Position numbers and translations under genes: made by a program
Assembly (NCBI GenBank): GCA_005772765.1
Contig: SXIR01000051.1
Location: 1 to 62,555, forward strand
DNA length: 62,555 nt
Direction: 5' to 3'
DNA from: Actinomycetota bacterium
GTDB lineage: Bacteria > Actinomycetota > Acidimicrobiia > IMCC26256 > PALSA-610
The notes under the pieces: generated by a model
Database searches by the model: none
What the model saw: the letters and a program-made list of their open reading frames with translations, nothing else
Told to the model about the DNA's origin: nothing
Part shown: piece after piece, positions 8,696 to 17,850 of the stretch
How positions within the stretch are numbered: the first letter of the stretch is position 1
Layout of the letters: each line of letters starts with the position of its first letter

Positions 8696-9945
8696 GGCGT
8701 GATCCTCGCAGCTGATGCGCTCTCGGCTTCGATTCCCGTCGGCGCCGCCGCGTCGCACCCGGATCCGAACAGGTGGCCGGCAATCCATGCGAGTCCGCCG
8801 AGATCGGCGATGTCGTCGGCCCGACCCGGAACACCGACCGTGACGGACGCGCCGCTTGCGATCTCCTGGCGGAGTTCGGTCTCGCGGGCGGCCACGATGG
8901 CGAAGTTGCGAAAGCTCTCGCCGATCGTGCGGAGCACGCGCGCCGCAGCTGTCGGATCGGTGTCGACCGACGAACCGAGCGCTTCGACCAGAGCCGGAGC
9001 GTCATCAACGAATCGTTGCGCGGCGACGTCGCCATCACCACTCATGAACCAATCCGGAAGCGTCTTGTTCAGCACCATTGCCCCGACCGGCAAACCGCGG
9101 CCCGTCAACTCGACGCGGAACCGTTCGGCTTCGCGCAATGGCGCGTCCTCGAGCGTCGTGATCACGACAAACGTCGTTCGGCGATCTGCAAGCAGCGCTT
9201 CGACCGCCGTGGCCCGTTCGACGAATCCGTCGTACATCGACTGGAAATTCAAGAAGAACTCGGCGATCTCTTGGAGGAAGCGACTCCCGAGCAGACGATC
9301 GGCGACCTGGTAGAACGGCCGCGACGCAACGTCGAGAATGCGTGTGCCACGCTTCCCGCCGACGCGGTAGGGCAAGGTCAACCAACGGAGGAGTCGGCCG
9401 CCGAAGAACTCGGCCATCCGAGCGGGGGCGTCGAGAAAGTCGATGGCGTGACGAGTCGGCGGCGTGTCGACGACGATCAGGTCGTACTCGCCGGTTGCGT
9501 GGAGGTCGTACAACCGTTCCATGGCGATGTAGTCGTGGCTCTGCACGAACCGCGCCGTGAGGTTGTGGTACAGCCGATTGTCGAGGATTCGATACGCCGT
9601 CGCTTCGTCCGGCGCGTGACGTAGTACCAGTTCGTCCCAACTCTGCTTCGTGTCCAACATCGCCGCCCAGAGCTCGCCGCGGGCTTCGATGCCAGCCGCC
9701 TTCAGCGTCGCGTCGGGAACGCGACGCGCGAGGTTGCCGAGCTCGCCGACGCCCAGCGCAGTGGCCAAACGCCGAGCGGGATCGACCGTGAGCACGAGCA
9801 CCCGTCCGCCGAGTCGCTCGGCAGCACCGAGTGCGATCGCTGCAGCGACCGACGTCTTGCCGACCCCGCCAGATCCACAGCACACCACGATCTCGCGGGC
9901 TGCGAGCAACGCATCGAAGTCGCCCAACGACGTCGCGGTTGTCAT
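8692..9945 (-). CDS. ArsA/Get3-family ATPase (second of a pair)
   Basis: Deviant Walker A: VVCCGSGGVGKTSVAAAIAL...VLTVDPARRLA. ATGA overlap with the upstream paralog. Confidence 0.85.
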   Translation of the reverse strand: MTTATSLGDFDALLAAREIVVCCGSGGVGKTSVAAAIALGAAERLGGRVLVLTVDPARRLATALGVGELGNLARRVPDATLKAAGIEARGELWAAMLDTKQSWDELVLRHAPDEATAYRILDNRLYHNLTARFVQSHDYIAMERLYDLHATGEYDLIVVDTPPTRHAIDFLDAPARMAEFFGGRLLRWLTLPYRVGGKRGTRILDVASRPFYQVADRLLGSRFLQEIAEFFLNFQSMYDGFVERATAVEALLADRRTTFVVITTLEDAPLREAERFRVELTGRGLPVGAMVLNKTLPDWFMSGDGDVAAQRFVDDAPALVEALGSSVDTDPTAAARVLRTIGESFRNFAIVAARETELRQEIASGASVTVGVPGRADDIADLGGLAWIAGHLFGSGCDAAAPTGIEAESASAARITP

Positions 9946-10904
9946 TGGCCGAGCTCGTCGTCGAGCGCATCCGCCAACAGGCGCGTGACGCGAAGGCCGT
10001 GCGCGCGCGTGAACAGATACGGCAGATAGACCAACGGCAGCTCGATCGAGCGTTGCAGTGCACCGAGATGCTCGGCACGCGACCTGCGCAACGCGACCGC
10101 GAGGCGCGCGCCGTCGATCACCGCCGTCGATCCCAATCCGGCCTCCCGCACGAGGATCGCGTGCGCGGCCGGCGCCGCGAGCGCCTCGAACACCGCCTCA
10201 TCCGCGCGGTGAAACAACTCCGGCAACACCCGATTCACGATCACTGGCCCGAGCTCGATGTTCGTCTCGGCGCGCAGGCGTCCGACCAGTTCGATCGTCT
10301 CGGCGACGGGCATCTCTTCGGGTGTCGTCACGACGCTGACGGCGCTCACAGCCGGGTCGCCGAGCAGCTCGACCATCCAGTCCGTCTGGGCGCGGACCGG
10401 ACCGACATCGACGAGCTCGCGAATCGAATCGGCCGCGGCCAGTTGCGCGACGACGTGCCCCGACGCCGCGGCATCGACGATCACGAGGTCGATGTCGTTG
10501 CTCCCAGCAATCGACTCGCGCACCTCCCAGAGCACCTTGCCGATCGTCAGGATCTCCTTCACGCCCGGAGCCGCGGTCGCGACGAACTCGAACGCTCGAG
10601 CGAGCGGCCCGATACGTCCGAGCACGGGGACCCTCAGGTTGAGTCGCAGGTACTCCTTGAGCGACTGTTCGGTGTCCATCGTCATCGCGAGCACGCCTGG
10701 ATGCACCTCGACGGGTTCGTATCCAACCCGTCGGTGTTCGAACGCGTCGGCGAGGTTGCCTTTGGCGTCGACCTCGACGAGCAGCACCCGTTTCCCGTTG
10801 CGGGCGGCAAGAAGTGCCAGCGCCGCCGAGACCGTGCTCTTGCCCACGCCGCCCTTACCGGTCACGAGGAGCAGCCGCCGGTCGAACAAGTGGCGGTCAC
10901 CCAT
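9942..10904 (-). CDS. ArsA/Get3-family ATPase (first of a pair)
   Basis: LLLVTGKGGVGKSTVSAALALLAARNGKRVLLVEVD. Its start overlaps the stop of the subtilase gene by 8 nt. Confidence 0.85.
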   Translation of the reverse strand: MGDRHLFDRRLLLVTGKGGVGKSTVSAALALLAARNGKRVLLVEVDAKGNLADAFEHRRVGYEPVEVHPGVLAMTMDTEQSLKEYLRLNLRVPVLGRIGPLARAFEFVATAAPGVKEILTIGKVLWEVRESIAGSNDIDLVIVDAAASGHVVAQLAAADSIRELVDVGPVRAQTDWMVELLGDPAVSAVSVVTTPEEMPVAETIELVGRLRAETNIELGPVIVNRVLPELFHRADEAVFEALAAPAAHAILVREAGLGSTAVIDGARLAVALRRSRAEHLGALQRSIELPLVYLPYLFTRAHGLRVTRLLADALDDELGQ

Positions 10905-13900
10905 CGGTGCTCCACACGATCAAGGCGCCGTCACGACGAACGGCCGCGACCTCGGGCCGGCCGTCGCCTTCGAGATCACCGAGCGCGACGGAGCCGACGA
11001 GCCAACCGCCGGTCGCTTTGGGCCAGCCCGCGGGAATCGACCCGTCGCTGCTGACCGCGCTGAGCACGTTGACGCCGTTTCCGGCGACGACCTCGTTGCG
11101 GTCGTCACCGTCGACGTCGGCGATGAGCGGTACGACGAAGAACGCGATATCGCTCGTTGTATGGGGAAATCCCGGGAGAAAATCGCCAGTTCGAGGGTCC
11201 CACGCGAGCAGATGATCATCGTTGGGCAGTTGCAGATCGGCGGCCTGCACGTCGAGCAAGCGCGTCAACCCTCCTCCCGGAGCCGCGATGTCGAGGGCGC
11301 CGTCGCCATCGAGGTCTCCGACCGTCGGGCCCCCGAAGCTCACGAACGTCGCGAGCGTGTCGGTCGTCGTGCGAGCGCTGCCGAATCGATCGAGACCCGC
11401 ACCGTCCAGCCCTCCTGACCAGGCGAGGGGAACGTCGACCGAAGCCGGCCCCGACGGGCCGTCCACCCGTCCAAACACGCTCACGCCGTCACCGCCGAAC
11501 ACGTACGCCGGACCAGCGGCAGAGGCCGCAATCACCTCGTTGCCAGGTTTCGGATGCACATCGGCCACGACCGCGCTGGTCGCGACTCCCCCACCGATCG
11601 TGGGCAACACCTCGAGCGCAACCATGCCGAGCTTGACGGGCCACCCGTCGAGCAACTCCCCTGACCCGTCGATTGCGTAGAGCCGCGTGTTGCCGAGCGT
11701 GCTCGCGGCCGCAAGGAGTCCCAACACGTCGGTACCGGAACCGCCCTCGGGTACTCCGATGTTGACCGGTTCTTCGTACTGCTCCTGCGCACCGACAACG
11801 ATGTCCATGTCGCCGTCGCCGTCGACATCGCCGAGCGCCGGTGCTGCAATGATCTCGCCGCCATCGCGGACACCGCTGTCGAGCGCGAAGGTCACCTTGC
11901 CGGTCGCCAAGTCGATCGCGGCGACCTTTGCGGGGTCGACGATTTGCACAGGAAACCCCGCCACGGGGGTGCCGTTCGCGTGCCATGCGTAGACGTGGCG
12001 ATCACCGGCCGCGGCGACGACTTCCGGGCTGTCGTCGCCATCGAGATCACCGATGACCGGCTGCGCGTAGATGTGCGGTTTCGTGCGGTTGAATCGATCC
12101 TGCGTCGCGGGATCGTCACGCGACCACCGTGGATCGATTGCCACCGGGAAGCCAGCGACAGGTGTGCCGTCCGCGTGGAACGCCAGCAACGCTCCGTCGA
12201 AGTTCGACACGATGATTTCGACCCGACCGTCGCCGTCGAGATCGGCAACCTGCGGCGTGCCCACCATGAACGCCGACCCAACATCGATCTGGGCGCCGCC
12301 GGTCGACCGATGACGCCACCACGTCGGAGGTTGCGTCACGATCGGGAAACCGGGAAGTTCGTCGAAGTTCACGTCGTATGCATGCAACGTGCCGTCGTCG
12401 GTAGCGACGAGCAGTTCGTCGCCGGCGTCGCTGTCGAGTTGCGCGAATACCGGGCTGCTGGTGCCGACTCCGGCGATCCGCTCGAAACGCAGCCGCGTCG
12501 GATCGTCGTGAACGAAGACCTGGCGCTGATCGATCGCCAACGCACCGTCGTTCGCGCCACCTTCGGTCACGATCACGGTGCGGACGCGGTACGCATGTCG
12601 GTGTTCGTCGGGTCGACGCGCATCGGCGTCGTACGGCGGCTCCGAACTCGGTGCCATCGTCGACGCGTCGATCCTGGCGAAATACTCGGTCTCGGGGTAG
12701 CCAACCGTTTCCGCGACGACGTGCCACTCGTCGACCGCCGGCGGTTGCGGAGGCTGCAGGCCAACCGCCCACTCGGTACGAACCCCGAACGACTCGGCCC
12801 CCGCCGCGGCCTGCGCGAGACCGCGTACCTCGATCACGTCGTCGGGCCCGTAGATGTCGAACCACTTCGGGGTCGTCAGGTCGACGAAGCCAACCGACCG
12901 ACCCGCGCGAGCGGCCTTCACCAACTCGTAGGCATTCACGCGGCCGGCGCCGTGGACCGCGTCCCAGCCTGGCGTCGTTGGATACCGCACCGTATCGACG
13001 AGACCGCCCTGACTCTCGCCAAGGTCGCCCGAGAAGTCGACGTCGTCGGCGGTCGTGCGCACGAGTTGCATCAACTCGCGTGCGGTGTAGTCGTATCCGC
13101 CGTCGCGTGCCGCCGATATCGTGAGTCCGACGATCCCGCTCATGATGCCGGTGGCTTCGCTGCTGCATGCGTTCGACGGCACGCTCACCGCAGTGATCCC
13201 GCCGTAGTTCGTGCAGCCGTTGAGCGCGAGATACCCCTCGACCTCACCGCCGAGCAGCGGCAGTTTTTCGGTGATCGAGTTCACTGCGAGCGTGTGCTCG
13301 AGCGCAGCCGGAAGGTTGGCATGCGCACTCGCCTCGTCGGCCATAGACGCCACGACCGGAATGTCGCGTTCCACCACCGCTTCATCGATCGCGGCTTGGG
13401 CGGCACTCGGGTTGGAGATCGCGCCCAGTGCCTCTTGCACCACGTCGGCACCGCTATCGGCGGCGAAGTGGACGCCGGCGGCGAAACGCAATCCGTCGGC
13501 GATGAAACTGTCGCTCACGCGGACGGGCAAGAATCGACACCGAGGGCACGTCCCGACATCGCCTTGTCCGTTCGCCGCAGCGACCGAGTCTTTGGCCTCG
13601 CCCGTCCCGTGACCGTAGGCAACGGTATCCAGCGGATTGTTGTCGCCGTAGAGAAAGTCCCAACCCGAGATGTCGTCGATGTAGCCGTTGTCGTCATCGT
13701 CGACACCGTCGCTCCACACGTCGGACAAGATGAGGTCTTCGGGGTCGGCGACACCGTTGTTGTTGAGGTCGGGCAGTCCCCCGGTCGAGGACACGAAGTC
13801 GCTGATGTCGAAACGACCGTCCGCGTTGCAGTCACCCGCCGACGCATCGGTGTCGGCCACATCCGCTGAACACTCGGGGCCAGCCTCGCCAAGGTTGATG

Positions 13901-14331
13901 TACGCCTGTATCGCAAGGTCGGTCATTGCTTCGGGGTCACGCCATTCGATACCGCTGTCGAGCACGGCGATGACGACGTCGTCGCGTCCTTGCGTCACCC
14001 CCCAGGCCAGATCGATCGCCGCACCCATCTGGCCGCACTGATCGGTGGGCGACGTGGCGAACCGAAGATCGCGTTGGACGGTGCGCCGGTAGTCGGACCG
14101 ATCGAACTCTGCAGGCAGTGTGCCCAAAGCGGGCTCGTCATCGGGCCCGTAGCGCCAGTTTTCGCAATCGAGCGGATCGCTCGTGGACGCCCGTTCGATT
14201 CGAGTGGTCGTCGGGGCAGCCGGGGTCGTCGGTACAACGCTGGCTTCGGGTTGGTCGGGAGTCGACGAGCACGCCGCGCCGATGACGGCCAGGAACGCGA
14301 TGCTGGCAACGGTCGATCGCAAGGTTCGCAC
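10897..14331 (-). CDS. Secreted or lipid-anchored S8 subtilase fused to FG-GAP/VCBS-like repeat region (1144 aa)
   Basis: Signal peptide ending IGAAC. Catalytic Asp (VIAVLDSGIEW), His (AYGHGTGEA) and Ser (SSEATGIMSG). The C-terminal half has repeated GDLDGDG, GDVDGDGDMD, ADVDGDD and GDLEGDG motifs. Confidence 0.8.
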   Translation of the reverse strand: MRTLRSTVASIAFLAVIGAACSSTPDQPEASVVPTTPAAPTTTRIERASTSDPLDCENWRYGPDDEPALGTLPAEFDRSDYRRTVQRDLRFATSPTDQCGQMGAAIDLAWGVTQGRDDVVIAVLDSGIEWRDPEAMTDLAIQAYINLGEAGPECSADVADTDASAGDCNADGRFDISDFVSSTGGLPDLNNNGVADPEDLILSDVWSDGVDDDDNGYIDDISGWDFLYGDNNPLDTVAYGHGTGEAKDSVAAANGQGDVGTCPRCRFLPVRVSDSFIADGLRFAAGVHFAADSGADVVQEALGAISNPSAAQAAIDEAVVERDIPVVASMADEASAHANLPAALEHTLAVNSITEKLPLLGGEVEGYLALNGCTNYGGITAVSVPSNACSSEATGIMSGIVGLTISAARDGGYDYTARELMQLVRTTADDVDFSGDLGESQGGLVDTVRYPTTPGWDAVHGAGRVNAYELVKAARAGRSVGFVDLTTPKWFDIYGPDDVIEVRGLAQAAAGAESFGVRTEWAVGLQPPQPPAVDEWHVVAETVGYPETEYFARIDASTMAPSSEPPYDADARRPDEHRHAYRVRTVIVTEGGANDGALAIDQRQVFVHDDPTRLRFERIAGVGTSSPVFAQLDSDAGDELLVATDDGTLHAYDVNFDELPGFPIVTQPPTWWRHRSTGGAQIDVGSAFMVGTPQVADLDGDGRVEIIVSNFDGALLAFHADGTPVAGFPVAIDPRWSRDDPATQDRFNRTKPHIYAQPVIGDLDGDDSPEVVAAAGDRHVYAWHANGTPVAGFPVQIVDPAKVAAIDLATGKVTFALDSGVRDGGEIIAAPALGDVDGDGDMDIVVGAQEQYEEPVNIGVPEGGSGTDVLGLLAAASTLGNTRLYAIDGSGELLDGWPVKLGMVALEVLPTIGGGVATSAVVADVHPKPGNEVIAASAAGPAYVFGGDGVSVFGRVDGPSGPASVDVPLAWSGGLDGAGLDRFGSARTTTDTLATFVSFGGPTVGDLDGDGALDIAAPGGGLTRLLDVQAADLQLPNDDHLLAWDPRTGDFLPGFPHTTSDIAFFVVPLIADVDGDDRNEVVAGNGVNVLSAVSSDGSIPAGWPKATGGWLVGSVALGDLEGDGRPEVAAVRRDGALIVWSTDG

Positions 14332-14394
14332 CGAAACATTCTGCCCGTCGCCGCGCCCGTTGGCGGGACGCGGTCGTCTGGTCTCGCGTTTCGG

Positions 14395-15210
14395 TCAGGT
14401 GATCCGCAGCGCCGGGCGATAAATGCGCTTGGGGGCGAGGTCGACCGCGATCCGCTCGGCGATGGCCGCGAACGCGACGCTGGCTTCGTTCTGCGGATCA
14501 GCGACCACGATCGGGTTGCCGTCGTCGCCGCCTTCGCGCAGTGCCGGGACCAACGGCACCTGACCGAGCAGCGGCACTTCGAGCGCTTCGGCCAGTTCCT
14601 GACCGCCGCCCGCACCGAACAGTTCGTAGGCCTTGCCGTCGTCGGCTCGGAACCAACTCATGTTCTCGATGACGCCAACGACGGCGAGGTTCACCTTCTT
14701 GGCCATGAACGCGGCGCGCTGGGCGACTTTTTGGGCCGCGGGCTGCGGGGTCGTGACCACGACCACCTCGGCTCTGGGCAAGAACTGCGCGATCGACAGC
14801 GACACGTCGCCGGTGCCGGGGGGCATGTCGACGATGAGAAAGTCCGGCGTCCCCCATTCGACATCGGTGAGGAACTGCTCGAGCGCCTTGTGCAGCATCG
14901 GACCGCGCCAGACAACAGGCTGGTCTTCACGGGCGAAGAACCCCATCGAGATGAGCGACACGCCGTGCGCCGACGGCGGCACCATCAAGGGGCGCTCGCT
15001 GTCGGGATCGACGACCTGGGGACCTTCGTGGACGCCGAGCATGCGCGGCATCGAGAAACCCCAGACGTCGGCATCGACTGCCGCGACCTTGGCACCTCGT
15101 CGGGCCAGTGCGACGGCAAGGTTGGTCGTCACCGAGCTCTTGCCGACGCCGCCCTTGCCCGATGCGATGGCGAGAATCCGAGTGTTGTTGTCCGTGAACG
15201 GGTTGGGCAC
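14395..15210 (-). CDS. mrp: Mrp/ApbC-type Fe-S cluster carrier ATPase
   Basis: ILAIASGKGGVGKSSVTTNLAVALA, DADVWGFS, DMPPGTGD. The GTG at 15208-15210 has a GGAGGA 6 nt upstream. The ORF's Arg-rich extension to 15429 overlaps the divergent regulator and is rejected. Confidence 0.8.
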   Translation of the reverse strand: MPNPFTDNNTRILAIASGKGGVGKSSVTTNLAVALARRGAKVAAVDADVWGFSMPRMLGVHEGPQVVDPDSERPLMVPPSAHGVSLISMGFFAREDQPVVWRGPMLHKALEQFLTDVEWGTPDFLIVDMPPGTGDVSLSIAQFLPRAEVVVVTTPQPAAQKVAQRAAFMAKKVNLAVVGVIENMSWFRADDGKAYELFGAGGGQELAEALEVPLLGQVPLVPALREGGDDGNPIVVADPQNEASVAFAAIAERIAVDLAPKRIYRPALRIT

Positions 15211-15287
15211 GCCGACTCCTCCAAGCAATTCGGTCACGAGTGGAGGCCCACCCGGACCCGCCGGGAGATTTCCACTACGCGCGTAGG

Positions 15288-15293
15288 TACAAT
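15288..15293 (+). promoter_or_regulatory. -10 box TACAAT placed for a leaderless transcript of the downstream regulator
   Basis: In TACAATacgacgATG the hexamer ends 6 nt before the ATG at 15300. There is no room for a Shine-Dalgarno sequence. Confidence 0.5.
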
Positions 15294-15299
15294 ACGACG

Positions 15300-16070
15300 A
15301 TGGCCAGGAACGCCACGAACGCCACGAACGCCGAGAACGCTGCGACCACCGGCGACCTCGCGCCCGCTGAGTTCGCTGACCTCTCCGGCGACGAGTTCGG
15401 TGCCGCGGTCGCTGCGGTGACCTCGGCATTCGGCGACCCGACCCGGCGGGACATCTACCTCTACGTCCGCCGTCACGATGGGGTCCGCGCCGCGGAGGTC
15501 GCCGAGCACTTCTCCCTCCATGCCAACGTCGCTCGCCATCACCTCGAGAAGTTGGCCGCCGGGGGCTACGTCACCGTCGATCTCGCCCGCCACGAGTCCG
15601 CGGGGCGTCCATCGAAGATCTATCGCGGCGCGGCAGCAGACACGCGTCTGTCGTTTCCGCCCCGTCGCGACGACCTCCTCGGCTTGTTGCTCGCCCGCGC
15701 ACTCGAACGACTACCCGTCGATGAGGCCAAGGCCCTCGCCGAGGACGTGGGTTACGAGTACGGGCGTTCGATCGCGAAGCGGATGGATCCCAGCGAGTCG
15801 CATCGGTCGTTCAAGGCCGCAGTCGCATCGGTCGCCGACGCGCTCACTGCCCACGGGTTCGCCGCGCACACCGAAGCGTCGAGCGGTGGACTCGCGCTCA
15901 TCCACGAGCATTGCCCGTTCGGCGAAGCCGCCCAGCAATACCCGCACGTCTTGTGCGCGGTCGACACAGGCATGATTCGCGGCATGCTGGAAGGCCTGTA
16001 CGGAGCGACGCAACCGATGATCATGGAGAGTCGCGCCAGCGGCGACGACCACTGCGTCACGCGAGTCTGA
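15300..16070 (+). CDS. ArsR/SufR-like winged-helix regulator with C-terminal Cys cluster
   Basis: HTH region FGDPTRRDIYLYVRRHDGVRAAEVAEHFSLHANVARHHLEKLAAGGYV. C-terminus HEHCPFGEAAQQYPHVLCAVD...GDDHC. Flanked by mrp and a cysteine desulfurase. Confidence 0.7.
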   Translation: MARNATNATNAENAATTGDLAPAEFADLSGDEFGAAVAAVTSAFGDPTRRDIYLYVRRHDGVRAAEVAEHFSLHANVARHHLEKLAAGGYVTVDLARHESAGRPSKIYRGAAADTRLSFPPRRDDLLGLLLARALERLPVDEAKALAEDVGYEYGRSIAKRMDPSESHRSFKAAVASVADALTAHGFAAHTEASSGGLALIHEHCPFGEAAQQYPHVLCAVDTGMIRGMLEGLYGATQPMIMESRASGDDHCVTRV

Positions 16071-16074
16071 GTTC

Positions 16075-17163
16075 GTGGCCGCGGCGCGCGCGTATCTCGA
16101 CCACGCCTCCACGGCGCCGTTGCGCCCGTCAGCCCTCGAAGCGATGCTCCCCTACTTCGGCGAGCAGTTCGCCGACCCTGGGCGGGTGCACACCGAAGCG
16201 CGCATGACGCGAGTCGCCATCGAACACGCCCGCGAGCAAGTCGCCAGATTCTGCGGTGCGCGCCCCCGTGAGGTCATCTTCACGAGCGGGGGAACGGAGT
16301 CGATCGCCCACGCACACCATTGGTTACGCGGTCACGTCGTCACCAGCGCAGTCGAGCACGCTGCCGTTCGCGAGACGCTGGCGGCGACCGACGCCGATGT
16401 CACCGTCATCGGCGTCGACCCGACCGGTCGCATCAACCCTGGCGAAGCGCACGATGCGATCCGCGCCGACACACAGATGGTCTCGATCCAGTTGGCCAAC
16501 CACGAGGTTGGCTCATTGCAACCGCTCACGTTCACCCGACCAGCGGGTGTCTTACTGCATGTCGACGCATGTGCGGCCATCGGTCATGTGCCGTTCGCAT
16601 TCACGGCGCTCGGCGCAGACCTCGTGTCGGTGACCGCCCACAAGCTCGGTGGCCCGAAGGGCGTGGGCGCGCTCCTCGTCCGGCGAGGCATCCGTATCCC
16701 GTCGCTGCTCCTCGGTGGAGCACAAGAACGCGCGCGGCGTGCGGGTGTCGAAAACGTTCCCGCAATCGTCGGATTCGGCGCAGTGCTCGAGCATCTCGAC
16801 ATCGAGGGCGAAGCGTCACAACAGCGCGCCCTGATCGATCGCGCGGCTCGGGCTGCGACCGCCGTGGACGGTGTCACCCGCTTCGGCAGCGGCGAACTCC
16901 CGAACGTGCTGTGCCTCGGAGTCGAGGGCGTGGAGGCGGAACCCGTGCTGTTGGCCCTCGATCAAGCGGGCGTTGCCGTGCACAGCGGTTCCGCGTGTTC
17001 GTCGGAGACGTTGGAGCCATCGCCGGTACTGGCCGCAATGGGGTTCGACGCACAGCACTCGCTGCGCGTGAGCGTGGGGTGGAGCAGCACCGACGCCGAC
17101 ATCGATCGGTTCATCAGCGCGTTCGCTGGGGTCGTCACCCGACTCCGCCGACTGCGTCCCTGA
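16075..17163 (+). CDS. Cysteine desulfurase (class V aminotransferase, NifS/IscS-like)
   Basis: PLP-Lys region SVTAHKLGGPKGVGAL and active-site loop HSGSACSS. GTG start 4 nt after the regulator stop. Confidence 0.85.
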   Translation: MAAARAYLDHASTAPLRPSALEAMLPYFGEQFADPGRVHTEARMTRVAIEHAREQVARFCGARPREVIFTSGGTESIAHAHHWLRGHVVTSAVEHAAVRETLAATDADVTVIGVDPTGRINPGEAHDAIRADTQMVSIQLANHEVGSLQPLTFTRPAGVLLHVDACAAIGHVPFAFTALGADLVSVTAHKLGGPKGVGALLVRRGIRIPSLLLGGAQERARRAGVENVPAIVGFGAVLEHLDIEGEASQQRALIDRAARAATAVDGVTRFGSGELPNVLCLGVEGVEAEPVLLALDQAGVAVHSGSACSSETLEPSPVLAAMGFDAQHSLRVSVGWSSTDADIDRFISAFAGVVTRLRRLRP

Positions 17164-17294
17164 GCCGACGCCCGCTCGCGCGCTTGGCGCTTGTTGCTCC
17201 CGGACCTACGCTCCCACTCGATCGGCGCCACCTGCGTGCCGGGATGCGGCGCCCGACGGTGCCCTCTCGTCGCTCACACTCTGGAGGTCCGATC

Positions 17295-17843
17295 ATGCCC
17301 TACGACGAACGCCTTCGCGCCAGTATCCTGGCCACGCTGACCGAACTACTCGGCCAAGAGGAAGCCGCTGCCATCATGGAGAGCATCCCGCCGTTCGACT
17401 GGTCCGAGGTCGCGACCAAGACCGACCTCGAGCAGTTCGCGACCAAATCCGACCTCGACGCGTTGCGACTCGCGACCAAATCCGACCTCGACGCGTTGCG
17501 ACTCGCGACCAAGACCGACCTCGACGCGTTGCGACTCGCGACCAAGACCGACCTCGACGCGCTACGCAACGACGTCGATCGTCTCCCGACCCGCGAGGAC
17601 TTCTTGCAGCTTCGGCTGGAGACACCGACGAAGGTCGAAATGGCCGACGCCATTGCGTCGTCGGAGCAGCGGATGACTTCGCACATGGAAAGCATGGAGT
17701 ACAGGCTCCAGGCTTCGATGCACGATCTGCGATCCGAATTGCATGCGACGGTGCACGCAGCGTTCATGCGCGTCGTCACTCTGTTGGTACCGACCACGTT
17801 GACCGGAATCGGAATCGCGTTTGCCGCGGCGAAGGTTGCCTGA
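17295..17843 (+). CDS. Tail-anchored coiled-coil protein with 11-residue repeats (DUF1640/CCDC90-like)
   Basis: ATG at 17295 with GGAGG 8 nt upstream. ATK(S/T)DLDALRL repeats, and a single hydrophobic helix at the extreme C-terminus (VVTLLVPTTLTGIGIAFAAAKVA). Confidence 0.7.
   Translation: MPYDERLRASILATLTELLGQEEAAAIMESIPPFDWSEVATKTDLEQFATKSDLDALRLATKSDLDALRLATKTDLDALRLATKTDLDALRNDVDRLPTREDFLQLRLETPTKVEMADAIASSEQRMTSHMESMEYRLQASMHDLRSELHATVHAAFMRVVTLLVPTTLTGIGIAFAAAKVA
17412..17570 (+). repeat. In-frame tandem repeat: four 33-bp units plus one degenerate 27-bp unit
   Basis: Unit GCGACCAA(A/G)(T/A)CCGACCTCGACGCGTTGCGACTC at 17439, 17472, 17505 and 17538. The degenerate unit is at 17412. Confidence 0.9.
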
Positions 17844-17850
17844 CCGGCGC

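Noticed and set aside
11944-13869. Long antisense ORFs inside confirmed genes (also 13990-15420, 20977-22257, 26504-27892, 32568-34160, 38271-39530, 49124-50122, 51349-52677)
   Set aside because: Each lies opposite a gene with clear family motifs. The translations are dominated by Arg/His/Asp/Gly with no recognisable domains. Such ORFs are expected by chance at this GC content.
14395-15429. Arg/Ser/Trp-rich 70-aa N-terminal extension of Mrp
   Set aside because: It would overlap the divergent regulator and its promoter by ~130 nt. A GTG with a strong GGAGGA sits at 15210, just before the conserved P-loop region.
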